A stretch of DNA of 64,000 nt from an uncultured Anaerolineales bacterium (GTDB lineage: Bacteria; Chloroflexota; Anaerolineae; Anaerolineales; UBA11858), in the NCBI GenBank assembly GCA_964453155.1, contig CAYVQU010000006.1, forward strand, positions 5,059-69,058, read 5' to 3'. This document shows positions 48,907 to 59,672 of the stretch, in pieces. Positions within the stretch are counted from its first letter, which is position 1; every line of letters starts with the position of its first letter. Made by a program: the position numbers and the translations under genes. Below the pieces are notes generated by a model. That model did no database searches and was not told where the DNA came from. It saw only the letters and a list, made by a program, of their open reading frames with translations.

Positions 48907-51273
48907 CTAAACGTTCATTCCTGATCTTCTATTCCAAAACTTTTTTTGTTTGACCTTCTTGACCTGCACCATGATGGTGTGCTGAGCATTGCCGTGAGCT
49001 AAAGGGGTCAGCCTTTCGGAGGTGAGAATATTGATGGCACCGCGACGATCAATTCCGGCTTGATCTGGGGTCCACCAGGCTCCGGTGGGAATGTTTACCA
49101 CTCCCGGCAAAATGCGGACGGTTACCCGGCAGGGGATGACCATTTCGCCCCGCCCATTGAACACCCGCACCCAGTCGCCATCAATAATTCCCCGTGCTGC
49201 GGCATCCCGCGCGTTGATAAAAACCCGGTGCGGAAAACATTCTTCTAACCAATCGTTGTTTTCGTGGGTGGAATGGACCCGATGCAAGGTGTGTGAGCCG
49301 ATTGCCTGTAACGGATACGCTGCGGCTTCTGGCCCGAAAGGACTCTCCCACTCCTGAATATACTTGGGAATGGGGGGAATTTCGGCCGGATTGCCCTTTT
49401 CATACAATTCCTGAGAAAAGATTTCTATTTTCCCTGAGGGGGTATTGAGCGGAAACTTAACTGGATCGCGGCGAAAATCGGCGAAAGCGACGGCCGGTTG
49501 ATCGACTGGCTGAACATAGGCCCCTATATTACTGGCCTCAAACTCATCAACCAAGGGGACGTCTTTGAAACGAGTTTCCCGGTATTGCTCCAATAGGCGG
49601 TTGACCCAACCGCGTTCATCCAAATTCTCTGTAAATTGCTCACCAACGCCCAATTTCTCGGCAAAAGCGGTACAAATTTGAAAATCGCTTTGAGATTCAC
49701 CTAAAGGCTCCACCAATTTGGGCATCAACAAAATCTCTTCGCCATATTTCCAGCCATCCTGCAAACCATAGGTTTCAAAGGCCGTACAGGCGGGCAAGAT
49801 CAGATCGGCAAAGCGAGCTGTTGGGGTTAGAAATTGATCCTGGACGATTAAAAATTCGATCAGAGATTCATCCGTTAGGATTTGGGCCGACCGGTTGATA
49901 TTCATATGCTGGTTGATTAAGCAGTTGGTCGCCACCGCGTAGATTAATTTGACGTTGGTGTCGAGTTGATCTGCCCCCACCAGGCCCTCTGCCGCCCCTA
50001 GTTCAGTCCCCCTTAAAACCGCTTGATCCCAGCTTGCGACGGGAATCTGCACCCCGGCAGGATTCTCTCCTACGGGGAAAGTGCTCCATCGCGAACCCCC
50101 ATCCGGTGCTTGCAGCGCGATTCCGCTGGCCCAGCCACCCGAAATCCCCACATTGCCCGAAATCGCGGCCAACACACACCCGGCCCGGACGACTTGTTCC
50201 CCATATGCCCGGCGCTGCATCCCATAGCCCTGATAGAGCATCGCCGGCTTGATTTGGGCATATTCACGGGCGATTTGGGTGATCTTTTCCCAGGGAACCC
50301 CGGTAATGGTCTCAGCCCATCCTGGGGTTTTGGGGAGGCCGTCCCGCCGTCCGAGGAGATAATCTTCATAGGTCTCTGCCCCTGGTTCACCAGGGGAACC
50401 CGCCAATCCGGGGGGCATTTGGTCAGCATCGAAACCCTGGCAATGGGTCCGAATAAAATCGGCCGCGTGCAGATTTTCGGTCACCATAACATAAGCCATC
50501 GCCGTCATCATAGCTGTGTCGGTTCCCGGTCGAATAGGGATCCATTCATCAGCCAAACCAATCGCCGAAAGCGTTTTGCGGGGGTCGATACAGATTACTT
50601 TGGCCCCTTGCTGACGGGCTTTTTTGATGAAATAGGCGCTATTGGTGCCATCGATCATTTCAGCCGGATTCCAACCCCACATCAGGATGTACCGGCTGTT
50701 GACCCAATCCTGGCGTTGATTCCCCGTGATCTTGGTACCGTACACCGTCGGAGTGGCTACATTAATGCACGCCCAACTATAACTATTGTACGTATCCAAA
50801 TGGCCACCGATGCAATTAAACAACCGCCGAGCCAAATGGGACCCATTAGTATTGCTGTAAGCGCCGGTTCCATAGGGAACCAGCAGGGCTTGATTGCCAT
50901 AGGTTGTGATTACGCGCTGGATCTCAGCCGCAGCTAAATTCAAAGCGTCATCCCAGGAGATGGACTCAAATTGGGCAGCACCCCGCGGACCAACCCGCTT
51001 GAGAGGGTGCGTCAGGCGATCAGGATGATATTGACGGCGAAGATAGGCTTTCCCCCGCGCACAGGCCAGCAGACGAGGGTTATCGATCTCATCATACTCG
51101 CGGTCATCTGAATCTAAGCGAACAATTTTGCCATCCTGAATGTGGGCCACCAACAAGCAGCGCCCGCCACAATTATGCGCCGGGCAACTCGTACGAACGA
51201 GTTTGGTTCCATTATTTTCTTGAGCGGGGGCCGGGGTTGTTCCCCGGTTGAACCAACGGGATAGCACAGACAT
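48907..51273 (-). CDS. Molybdopterin (bis-MGD) oxidoreductase catalytic subunit, DMSO reductase family, no intact Tat motif
   Basis: 788 aa. The N-terminal FS0-like motif is SCPAHNCGGRCLL. N-terminus MSVLSRWFNRG has SRW in place of the SRR twin arginine. Confidence 0.85.
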   Translation of the reverse strand: MSVLSRWFNRGTTPAPAQENNGTKLVRTSCPAHNCGGRCLLVAHIQDGKIVRLDSDDREYDEIDNPRLLACARGKAYLRRQYHPDRLTHPLKRVGPRGAAQFESISWDDALNLAAAEIQRVITTYGNQALLVPYGTGAYSNTNGSHLARRLFNCIGGHLDTYNSYSWACINVATPTVYGTKITGNQRQDWVNSRYILMWGWNPAEMIDGTNSAYFIKKARQQGAKVICIDPRKTLSAIGLADEWIPIRPGTDTAMMTAMAYVMVTENLHAADFIRTHCQGFDADQMPPGLAGSPGEPGAETYEDYLLGRRDGLPKTPGWAETITGVPWEKITQIAREYAQIKPAMLYQGYGMQRRAYGEQVVRAGCVLAAISGNVGISGGWASGIALQAPDGGSRWSTFPVGENPAGVQIPVASWDQAVLRGTELGAAEGLVGADQLDTNVKLIYAVATNCLINQHMNINRSAQILTDESLIEFLIVQDQFLTPTARFADLILPACTAFETYGLQDGWKYGEEILLMPKLVEPLGESQSDFQICTAFAEKLGVGEQFTENLDERGWVNRLLEQYRETRFKDVPLVDEFEASNIGAYVQPVDQPAVAFADFRRDPVKFPLNTPSGKIEIFSQELYEKGNPAEIPPIPKYIQEWESPFGPEAAAYPLQAIGSHTLHRVHSTHENNDWLEECFPHRVFINARDAAARGIIDGDWVRVFNGRGEMVIPCRVTVRILPGVVNIPTGAWWTPDQAGIDRRGAINILTSERLTPLAHGNAQHTIMVQVKKVKQKKFWNRRSGMNV

Positions 51274-51416
51274 AAATCACCAGTAAAAAAAGATGATTAA
51301 GTTTACCAATGCCATGTCTATTTTGATAGGTGCCAGTTATCATCTTTGACTACTCAGGAGTATAATATTGCCGCTGGGCAGGTAAGGATGCAAACTCTCC
51401 ACTAAGGAATTAAAGC

Positions 51417-52604
51417 ATGGCAACCAAAACACTCTCATCGAAAACGGTAAAAATCATCACCATCGGCGCGTTTTTGGCCTTCTTCTTGTTCGGCTTTTCC
51501 GACAATTTAAAGGGTGCGACCCTGCCCGTTTTATTGGATGATTTAAATTTTAGTTACGCTTCTGGGGGAACGGTACTCCTGGCTTCTTATCTCGGATTTC
51601 TGATCGCAACGTTAATCACAGGACCGTTATCGGACCTTATTGGGAAAAAAGCCATAATTTTTCTGGCGTGTGTCAGTCTGCTGGTGGGGATGTGGGGCTA
51701 CAGCAGCGCGAATCTTTTCTGGACGCTGTCAGCGGCCATGCTCATCATTGGTTTAGGGCTCGGGTCACTAGAAGTTGGGTCCAATATCATAATTGTCGAT
51801 ATCCACAAAGACGATAAAGGCCGTTACCTCAATTTATTGGCATTTTTCCACGGAGTGGGGTCAATGATCGCACCCTTGTATGCTGGGCAGATGTTGATTG
51901 CAGCCTTCACCTGGCGACAGGTGTATCAATTCAGCCTGGCATTGGTCGCGATTGTATTCGTGTATTTTCTAGTGGTTAAATACCCACGTTCAGCCGATTC
52001 GACCAGTAACAAGCTCGATTTCAAACAATTAGGGAAGTCGGCTTTCTCTAGAGAAATGATCTTGTTTTATATCGGTATCACGCTGTATGTTGCGGCCGAA
52101 ATTGGGATTGGGGCCTGGTTGGTGGAATTTTTGCAAAACACCAAAGCACAATCGGTCAGTCTCAGCACCACCTATTTGGCGATTTTCTTTGGAACCATCA
52201 CTGTGGGCCGGTTTATTGGCAGCTTCTTAGTTTCCCGAGTGGGTTATCTCAAAAGTGTGCTGTTTACCGGTCTAGCTGCGCTGGTCTTCGTTGGGATTGG
52301 GACTTTCACTTCCGTAGGGTTAGCCGTTTTCATCCCCCTGGCCGGGTTGTTCTTCTCGATTATTTTCCCGACCCTGACCGCGGCGGTTTCTGATCGGCAT
52401 CAGGAAAATGTCGGCACAATTTTGGGGTTATTATTCACTTTTGCCGGAATTGGAGGGATGTTGGGACCCTGGGCCGTCGGGGTCTTCTCCGACTGGATGG
52501 GGATGAGCCTGGGATTTGGGGTGATCCTACTCTTCTTGGTGGGAATGAATATTGTCTTTGGGCTGCTACTCACTCAACCGAACCAGTCTCAGACCACACC
52601 GTAA
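51417..52604 (+). CDS. MFS transporter
   Basis: 395 aa, about 12 TM, GPLSDLIGKK loop motif. AAGGAA RBS. Confidence 0.85.
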   Translation: MATKTLSSKTVKIITIGAFLAFFLFGFSDNLKGATLPVLLDDLNFSYASGGTVLLASYLGFLIATLITGPLSDLIGKKAIIFLACVSLLVGMWGYSSANLFWTLSAAMLIIGLGLGSLEVGSNIIIVDIHKDDKGRYLNLLAFFHGVGSMIAPLYAGQMLIAAFTWRQVYQFSLALVAIVFVYFLVVKYPRSADSTSNKLDFKQLGKSAFSREMILFYIGITLYVAAEIGIGAWLVEFLQNTKAQSVSLSTTYLAIFFGTITVGRFIGSFLVSRVGYLKSVLFTGLAALVFVGIGTFTSVGLAVFIPLAGLFFSIIFPTLTAAVSDRHQENVGTILGLLFTFAGIGGMLGPWAVGVFSDWMGMSLGFGVILLFLVGMNIVFGLLLTQPNQSQTTP

Positions 52605-53562
52605 CCCGATTCCGACCTTGTTGTTTGGATTGGTACAAGGCTTCATCTGCTCTTTGGATCAGGGTTTTTAAGGCCAATTCGCTTTTACCTTGCCAACTCA
52701 TTACCCCCAGACTAATCGTTATAGAAACATAGGGAGTTGTCTTCAGAAATTGGCTTTGGATTTGACTTTGCGCGACCAAAACCCGCAATCGCTCTGCAGC
52801 AACCACAGCCGCTTGTTGATCAGTTTCGGGCATCAAGACCACAAACTCTTCTCCCCCATACCGGGCTAAAATATCGAAATTCCGCAAGTTGACCTGACAG
52901 GTTTTTGCTAGGGATACCAATACTTGATCCCCTACTAAATGACCGTAAGTATCGTTGACTTTCTTGAAGTGGTCGATGTCAAACAGAAGTATGGCCAGCG
53001 GCTGGTTATAACGCCGAGCGCGGTTCATTTCTTTTTCGGCCAGTTCAAAAAAACTCCGCCGATTTTTGATCCGGGTCAGGGGATCGGTGGTGGCAATTTG
53101 CTCCAAGGCCTGCTCGTATTCTTTGCGGGTCGCGATCTCAAAACTTAACTCAGCATTTTGGCGAGCTAACGTCTGGACCAATTTGCGGATCGCTAATTGA
53201 GTTTCAACCCGAGCTAAAACTTCTTCAATATGGAATGGCTTCAAAATATAATCGGCCCCACCGACCTCAAACGCCCGGACCTTGTCGAAAATCTGATCCA
53301 ACACACTGATAAACAAGATTGGGATATCGCGGGTCGCGGGTTGGGCTTTGAGATGTTCACAAACTTCAAAACCATTTACATCTGGCAAATCAATGTCGAG
53401 CAATATCAAATCAGGACATACTGTGGTAGCTTGTTCAATCGCTACTTGCCCACAATTGGCCGCGTAGACTGCATAACCTTGTTCCGCGAGAATTTTGACG
53501 AGTAAATTCAAATTCTCGATAGCATCATCAACAACCAATATCTTGGGATTATCTACATTCAT
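52570..53562 (-). CDS. Response regulator-diguanylate cyclase (REC-GGDEF)
   Basis: ILVVDDAIENL..LILLDIDLPD is the REC domain; RYGGEEFVVLM is the GGEEF active site. Confidence 0.9.
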   Translation of the reverse strand: MNVDNPKILVVDDAIENLNLLVKILAEQGYAVYAANCGQVAIEQATTVCPDLILLDIDLPDVNGFEVCEHLKAQPATRDIPILFISVLDQIFDKVRAFEVGGADYILKPFHIEEVLARVETQLAIRKLVQTLARQNAELSFEIATRKEYEQALEQIATTDPLTRIKNRRSFFELAEKEMNRARRYNQPLAILLFDIDHFKKVNDTYGHLVGDQVLVSLAKTCQVNLRNFDILARYGGEEFVVLMPETDQQAAVVAAERLRVLVAQSQIQSQFLKTTPYVSITISLGVMSWQGKSELALKTLIQRADEALYQSKQQGRNRVTVWSETGSVE

Positions 53563-53565
53563 CGG

Positions 53566-54216
53566 TTAAAAAAAGACTTCCAAATTTCGCATACAATTGC
53601 GGTCCAACTTATGCCCTACGTTTGCCTCGCAAAAAGTGACTTCGGCACCGGCGGTCTCAAAGAATCTGACCGTTTCGTGCGCTAAATTGATCGGCACAAT
53701 TTGATCTGTGGTGCCGTGAGAAATGTAGACTTTTAAAGCCTTCAACGAATCGGGCGTTACCGAGTTTTCTACCCCTACGGGCAAAAAGCCTGCGAGTCCT
53801 GCCACTGCAGTTACCTGAGTTGGAAACTGCAAGGTAAAGGCATAGGCCAGTGCGGCTCCCTGGCTAAAACCAGCCAATCGGATTTGGGAAAAATCTCCCC
53901 AAGGGGCTGTTAGGGGCCAGTTTTCCATCAAATTATACAATTCGAAAACAGCCGGTGTAAAAACTTCTAAGGAAGGCCAGCCAGGGGTGCGCAAAGGATA
54001 CCAACTAAAACCTCCGCCGGGCTCGGGATAGATTGCCCGGGGTGCTATCACCAGGTAATGTTCTGGTATTTGATGAGCAAAAACCCACATAGAATCTTGA
54101 TCCCCCTTCCAACCGTGAAGCAACCACACCACCGGATGCGGACCAGCCCCTGCTGGCAACCGATAACGGATTTGCCATTCTCCTATTTGGATCTGGGGTA
54201 AATTAGATCTCATCAT
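53566..54216 (-). CDS. Alpha/beta hydrolase (phospholipase/carboxylesterase family)
   Basis: LHGWKGD, the GFSQGAA nucleophile elbow, and HGTTDQIVP. Confidence 0.8.
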   Translation of the reverse strand: MMRSNLPQIQIGEWQIRYRLPAGAGPHPVVWLLHGWKGDQDSMWVFAHQIPEHYLVIAPRAIYPEPGGGFSWYPLRTPGWPSLEVFTPAVFELYNLMENWPLTAPWGDFSQIRLAGFSQGAALAYAFTLQFPTQVTAVAGLAGFLPVGVENSVTPDSLKALKVYISHGTTDQIVPINLAHETVRFFETAGAEVTFCEANVGHKLDRNCMRNLEVFF

Positions 54217-54442
54217 CTTCGGAATTGGCTCTTTTTACCAATAATTCCAAACCGTTTAGCACCAACCAAATCAAGATTAATGGGGTTGTCCCCCCCAAGA
54301 GACATACAAACCCCAAAATCGCGGCTTCTCGCCCGTAGAAATAATAGATAAGGACCTCGCCGACCACAAATAGGATCAACAGAAAACCTGCTAATAATTG
54401 GATATTGGTCTGACGGGCATACCGTCGAAGGTCTCTAGTCAT
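54203..54442 (-). CDS. Small two-TM membrane protein
   Basis: 79-aa ORF with two hydrophobic helices. Overlaps the downstream hydrolase start by 14 nt. Confidence 0.5.
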   Translation of the reverse strand: MTRDLRRYARQTNIQLLAGFLLILFVVGEVLIYYFYGREAAILGFVCLLGGTTPLILIWLVLNGLELLVKRANSEDDEI

Positions 54443-54572
54443 GGAATTGCCTTAATTTTCTCACACGAAACCGCAAAGTGTACTAAATGCGGTTATTTTG
54501 TTCGTTGGCTAGTGGGTTGGGGGGTTGACCAGCCAACTGACCAAACCTTTCTATGCGTCTTTTCACGAGTAT

Positions 54573-55541
54573 TCAGTCAACGGCCTTCAAATCGCCGCCG
54601 GGCACCACCACCTCCGAAATCGATTCCTGGATGACCACATCGGTCGTCAGACTACGCAGCCGGGCCCCTGGCCCCAGGATGACGCGATGACTGAGAACGG
54701 GAATGGCTAAACCCTTGATGTCATCGGGGATCACATAGTCCCGTCCCTGAATGGCCGCTTTGGCTTGGCTGGCGCGATACAATCCCAAGCTACCTCGCGG
54801 GCTGGCCCCCAGATACACATCTTTGTGCTCGCGGGTTTTTTGAACGATTTCAACCAAGTAGCGATAAACATCATCGGCAACATGAATATCTTGGATACTT
54901 TTTTGGGCGGCAATCACCTCGTCAACGGAAACGACTTGATCCAGGTCTTCAATTGGATGTTGAAATTGCTGCTGTTTAAGGACGTTAATCTCATCATCCA
55001 GATGAGGATAACCTAACTGCACCCGCAGGAGAAAACGATCAAGCTGCGCTTCGGGTAAGCGGAAAGTACCTTCATACTCGATAGGATTCAGGGTGGCTAA
55101 AACCATAAATGGCGCCGGGAGTTGATGAGAGACGCCGTCAACGGTCACCTGTTTCTCTTCCATGGACTCCAACAGCGCGGATTGGGTCTTGGGGGTGGCG
55201 CGGTTAATTTCATCGGCCAAAACAATTTGAGCCATAATCGGACCCGGACGAAAATGGAAATCCCGCTCGGCGCGATTGTAGATCGAAACGCCGGTCACAT
55301 CACTGGGGAGCATATCCGGTGTGAATTGAATCCGACTGAACGAACTGCCGATTGAGGTCGCCAAACTACGGGCTAGCATTGTTTTGCCCACCCCAGGAAC
55401 ATCCTCGATCAGCAGGTGGCCATCACAGAGCAAGCCTAGGATCGCCAGTTCTACTGCCTCCCGTTTCCCCACAATGACATGTTCTACGTTTTTGATGACG
55501 GTTTCAGCAAATTTTTGGGTCAGGTTCATTCCAGTCTCCAA
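54573..55541 (-). CDS. MoxR-family AAA+ ATPase
   Basis: [13 protein letters not shown] (Walker A), VLADEINR (Walker B). 322 aa. Confidence 0.9.
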   Translation of the reverse strand: METGMNLTQKFAETVIKNVEHVIVGKREAVELAILGLLCDGHLLIEDVPGVGKTMLARSLATSIGSSFSRIQFTPDMLPSDVTGVSIYNRAERDFHFRPGPIMAQIVLADEINRATPKTQSALLESMEEKQVTVDGVSHQLPAPFMVLATLNPIEYEGTFRLPEAQLDRFLLRVQLGYPHLDDEINVLKQQQFQHPIEDLDQVVSVDEVIAAQKSIQDIHVADDVYRYLVEIVQKTREHKDVYLGASPRGSLGLYRASQAKAAIQGRDYVIPDDIKGLAIPVLSHRVILGPGARLRSLTTDVVIQESISEVVVPGGDLKAVD

Positions 55542-55713
55542 TTTTTAAAACTTATTTATTGCGAATGGGGTGAATGGGCCAATAAGTAGCTTATCTCGCA
55601 AGTTTCAAGAAAATAATTAAAGATGCTTCGCACGCGATCACATGAGTAATTTCAGCATACTGCAGATGTGCTCAGCATGACATAATTTCAGCTTCTTGCG
55701 AGACCGGCCAAAT

Positions 55714-55823
55714 AAGTGTGTGACGGTTTGTAGTTGAAAATAAACCAACCTATTTTACCGTCACACCCGAGCAGATTTCGATTTGAACACAATTTTCATT
55801 TCAAGATTCTTTCCGAAATCTGC
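55714..55823 (+). repeat. Dual-hairpin element family 1, copy B
   Basis: AAGTGTGTGACGGTTTGTAG..ACCGTCACACCCGAGCAGATTTCGATTTGAAC..TTTCCGAAATCTGC followed by TTTT. Antisense to the flanking transglutaminase/MoxR genes. Confidence 0.85.
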
Positions 55824-55856
55824 TTTTCACGAATTTGGGGACTTCTTTCGCTACAT

Positions 55857-58250
55857 TCATTCATTCGCATCATTCGTGATTTGTTCTTTTCGTTTTCGAT
55901 AAGTCAGTTGTCTTAATCGGGCTAACCATAACCGGCGGCGGAGGCGTCGCCACAAGGTGATGATGGCCGGACGGTCTTGCATATTGACGGTAGCCGGACT
56001 GTAAAGCAGCTGACTATAGACTTGGGTAAAAGTTTCAATTTCGGCGTGAGCTGGGGTGAGGCGCCGCTCCCAGAATGGGGTCTGGGCCAAAGATTGCAAC
56101 CGGGTTTTGAGTTCAGCAGAAAATTCCTGCGGGGTGCTTTCTCGGCGAGTTGTAATTTTCAGCCGGCGGCCATGTGAATACAATCGTTGATATAGATGTT
56201 CAACAGCCGCGGGAGCTGTCAACCGATAAATTCGCCAGCGGTCGATCCCGGCAAATCCTAAAATAATGATCATCAGACCACCCAACCCACTCGATAAGAT
56301 CACCTGCCAACTCCACTTTATGCGAGCGAGGAGCGGTGTGAGGTTTCTTAAACTAATATCATTTTCTAGGACAGCTTGAATTTCTTCTTCTTCAGCGAAA
56401 TGATCAAGCGCGGCTCGACCAGCTGTCGGTTCGAAGGGCACCCAGCCAATCCCCTGGAAATAGATTTCCACCCAAGAGTGGGAATCAGCCTCAGTAACAA
56501 TATACCGTTGGTTGGCCGTATCGTAATTGCCGCGATAATAACCAATCGCCAACCGGGCCGGGATTCCCAATGACCGGGCCAAGACTACCATACTGGAGGC
56601 ATAATAATCACAGTATCCTTTTTTCAGGGTAAACAGAAAGTAATCGACCATATCCCGGTCGATGGGCGGGAGTTCGAGATCAAGGGTGTATTCATATGTT
56701 CGCAAATAGGTCTCTAATGAGCGAACTTTATCATAGGTTGTCGCGTCATCACCAGTTAATTCATTTGCCAGACGACCAACCCGATTAGGCAGCGAATCGG
56801 GCAAAGACAGATACCACTCCGATATCCAGCTCGGATAAGGACCGGATGCAGCCCGCAATTCTGTTTCGCTGACAATCGGTATCAACGATTGGACTCGATA
56901 CACTGGTTCTTCAATCGCCGCGCCAAAAAACTCGCCGGGAGCATCATGAATATCGGTCAGACGGATGGTGGCTCGCCAACCGATTTCAAAATCATGATCG
57001 ACGGTGACGATATCCCCAGCCGCATACAAATTTCTGTTGTTGGCATTCGCCAGCCGAAAATCTTGTTGGATGGCCTGGTGATGTGGTGATTGAAATTCCA
57101 GGACCTGATCCCCGGCATCATACGAGCGCAAGACATAATCCTCACTCCGCCAACCAAATCCGGTATATTCTTCATAGGTCAGAGAACGCCAGTAGAGGGG
57201 CAAATTTAGATCATTTTCTTGTTCGGAAACCGCGCCGGTAACCTTAACCGACATGACAATTTGTTCGGTCAACTCAGGCCCAGTACCTAATAGATGACGG
57301 CGGGGCAACCCTCCCGACAGGGCGTTCCCTAACCCCGTTGTTTCGATGGGTTTTTGATACACCCCCAGTGATTGGATTACTGGTTCAGCATCTTCGACCG
57401 AGGCTTGGGTAAATTTTTGGGCGATCTCAACAAGATTATCAAAGGAAAATATCGGTAAGATAATTGCGATCCCCACTACCCCGGTCACCACGCCAGCAGC
57501 CAGTAAAGAAAACTCCTTGGGCAAGTCTTCGGGGAAATCCATCTTTGCAGCTAACCAATGGCGTTCACTGTGATCATAATTGGTAAGGGCCAACAACAGC
57601 AAAACTGAGAAAACCAGCGGAGCTAAAGGTGCGGTACTAGCCCAGGTGTAAGACAAACCGGCTGCTAGTAAAACGCTGGCAGGTAATAGACCCATCACGG
57701 GTGACCGCCGACGACGGTAAAACCAGCCCGCCCAAGAGGCCAACCCCCAAACCAGCCACCCCCAAGATAAGGAAATGGCCGGTTTACTAAAGAACGGCGG
57801 ACCATAAACCAGAGACAAAACCCATTCCCACCAGGTAGTCGCTAAACCGGTGACTTGGAAATAAACTTCGTTATACGCGTAGTTGTAATAATTTAAATCT
57901 GGGGGAACATCGGTAATTCGACCGATCAGGACCCCAATCCGAAAATCCAGGGCTCGTAAATAACTCCATATTGGCCCCCACAGTTGGCCGACGTTAATAA
58001 ATACCAAGCCTAATCCGGCCAATATCAACAGGCCAGTAGCAACCCAACCCTTTGCTCTGGTACGCGCCAAAACCCAACTTAGCAGCAGCGCCCAAAAGGC
58101 TACTCCCGTTAAAAACCGAGAATTCAAGCCTGAATTAATTTCTCCCAACCCATAAGCCACACTCGACATAGCAAACAGCAAAAAGGCAAAACCAATGAGG
58201 GCCTTCAGGCCAATCTTATTAATTAGTCGAACGATAGCAGAGAGGAACAT
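55857..58250 (-). CDS. Transglutaminase-like domain membrane protein
   Basis: Multi-TM N-terminal half. KKGYCDYYASSMVVLARSLGIPARLAIGY...SHSWVEIY gives the transglutaminase Cys-His core. Confidence 0.85.
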   Translation of the reverse strand: MFLSAIVRLINKIGLKALIGFAFLLFAMSSVAYGLGEINSGLNSRFLTGVAFWALLLSWVLARTRAKGWVATGLLILAGLGLVFINVGQLWGPIWSYLRALDFRIGVLIGRITDVPPDLNYYNYAYNEVYFQVTGLATTWWEWVLSLVYGPPFFSKPAISLSWGWLVWGLASWAGWFYRRRRSPVMGLLPASVLLAAGLSYTWASTAPLAPLVFSVLLLLALTNYDHSERHWLAAKMDFPEDLPKEFSLLAAGVVTGVVGIAIILPIFSFDNLVEIAQKFTQASVEDAEPVIQSLGVYQKPIETTGLGNALSGGLPRRHLLGTGPELTEQIVMSVKVTGAVSEQENDLNLPLYWRSLTYEEYTGFGWRSEDYVLRSYDAGDQVLEFQSPHHQAIQQDFRLANANNRNLYAAGDIVTVDHDFEIGWRATIRLTDIHDAPGEFFGAAIEEPVYRVQSLIPIVSETELRAASGPYPSWISEWYLSLPDSLPNRVGRLANELTGDDATTYDKVRSLETYLRTYEYTLDLELPPIDRDMVDYFLFTLKKGYCDYYASSMVVLARSLGIPARLAIGYYRGNYDTANQRYIVTEADSHSWVEIYFQGIGWVPFEPTAGRAALDHFAEEEEIQAVLENDISLRNLTPLLARIKWSWQVILSSGLGGLMIIILGFAGIDRWRIYRLTAPAAVEHLYQRLYSHGRRLKITTRRESTPQEFSAELKTRLQSLAQTPFWERRLTPAHAEIETFTQVYSQLLYSPATVNMQDRPAIITLWRRLRRRLWLARLRQLTYRKRKEQITNDANE

Positions 58251-58326
58251 AGGAATTGTGAATTGTAAAATGGTGAATGACGGGATCGAACTGCATAATC
58301 AACCGGTCACCATTCACAATTTATTA

Positions 58327-59634
58327 TTAATTCAGATTTCTCCAAATCATCTCATCTTGGGTCAGCATAGGGATGGCTTTTCCCAGCGGGGTTACTCGCC
58401 ACTCCCAATGGCCTTCACGACCTGGTTCGATTTCTTCGCGATCTAGCAAATCTTTAGGGATAATGTCATGAACGATGCCTAAATTCGTAAAAACGTCTTG
58501 CATACCATGGGGTTGGACCTGCCCCCCAAAAGTTATTGGATCGAACAACAGAACGGTAGGCACCACTTCCTGGCGGCGGACGGCCAGCAACGATTCAAGC
58601 CAGGCCCCGCTTACGGCTGGGGTGATGACAATCAGACTGGTATTCCGGGTTAGTCCAGGTCGAGCTAAATCAATCAGGCTGGATAGCGAGCGTTGGCCTG
58701 GATCAACAACGGCTAATTCTCTTAGAATTGACCAGTTATGTTCGTCGCTCATATTGGGGGGCAGCCAGACCAAGTCTTCGCCAAATGTGATCAATCCTAC
58801 TGAGCGACCAGCTCGCATCCCTAAATTGGCCAAGGAGGCCGCCAGGATGATGCCATGTTCGGCCGTCGAATCCAAACCTTCCCCCACCTGAACAGTTTCA
58901 TCCAAATCCAGGATGATCCACCAGTCACCGGCGGGTGACCCTTCAAATACGCGCACAAACATGTCATCGCGCCGGGCCGAGGTCGGCCAGTGAACCCACC
59001 GCAAGCTGTCACCAGGGACATATTCCCGCACACTGGCCGAACTGACGGTCCGCTCGGGAGCGTTGACCCGGGGGGTACCCTCACCGGCGCGTCCACCCGG
59101 GGCGACCTGAATCGGTGGCAGCGAGACCACGGGCGGCATGACCATCATTGTCGTAGAGGTATCATCATACAAAGTTACGGTATAAAATCCGAATGGATCT
59201 TTGGTCCGCAAGGTGGTGGGGCCAAAAGTGAATAACCCGCGATGAGTACAAACACTGCGCACATACCAGCGATTTTCGGATTTGGGATCGATGCCGCGGA
59301 CTTGATTGGCCCAATAATTAGGCATATTGGTCTCATCGAAAATTTCCACCCACACCGCGGGGAACCGGGCTGTATTGACCAGCGTGAACCGTTCTTCGAG
59401 CCGGTCGCCAACCTGGGCCCAACCAAAACGCATCTCCCGGCGCAGGTTTAATCCCTGATACAGGGCCCGCGCCCAAATATAGCTCAACAGCCAGGTCCCG
59501 CCAAAGGCGATAAACAGAATTGACCACCCTTTATAAGAATCAAAGAGGTACATGACCAGCAAAACGATAGTGATCGCTGGAAGCCAGTAAGAATTCAGTT
59601 GTAGGCCTTCTTTGGGGAGAGATTCAGAGGACAT
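58327..59634 (-). CDS. DUF58 (vWA-like) protein
   Basis: REYVPGDSLRWVHWPTSARR is the DUF58 signature. The internal ATG at 59634 is preferred because the ORF-track N-terminus (to 59763) runs into a repeat element. Confidence 0.8.
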   Translation of the reverse strand: MSSESLPKEGLQLNSYWLPAITIVLLVMYLFDSYKGWSILFIAFGGTWLLSYIWARALYQGLNLRREMRFGWAQVGDRLEERFTLVNTARFPAVWVEIFDETNMPNYWANQVRGIDPKSENRWYVRSVCTHRGLFTFGPTTLRTKDPFGFYTVTLYDDTSTTMMVMPPVVSLPPIQVAPGGRAGEGTPRVNAPERTVSSASVREYVPGDSLRWVHWPTSARRDDMFVRVFEGSPAGDWWIILDLDETVQVGEGLDSTAEHGIILAASLANLGMRAGRSVGLITFGEDLVWLPPNMSDEHNWSILRELAVVDPGQRSLSSLIDLARPGLTRNTSLIVITPAVSGAWLESLLAVRRQEVVPTVLLFDPITFGGQVQPHGMQDVFTNLGIVHDIIPKDLLDREEIEPGREGHWEWRVTPLGKAIPMLTQDEMIWRNLN

Positions 59635-59672
59635 AGGTTGGCGGTGTGATGTATCGATGCTAATGAGGGGCA

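Noticed and set aside
30035-51273. In-frame TGA (selenocysteine) codons in hdrA, mvhD/G/A or the Mo-oxidoreductase, as occur in some Hdr/Mvh/Fdh homologs.
   Set aside because: All of these ORFs are uninterrupted in the six-frame track, with Cys at the expected ligand positions. I saw no split genes or SECIS-like context.
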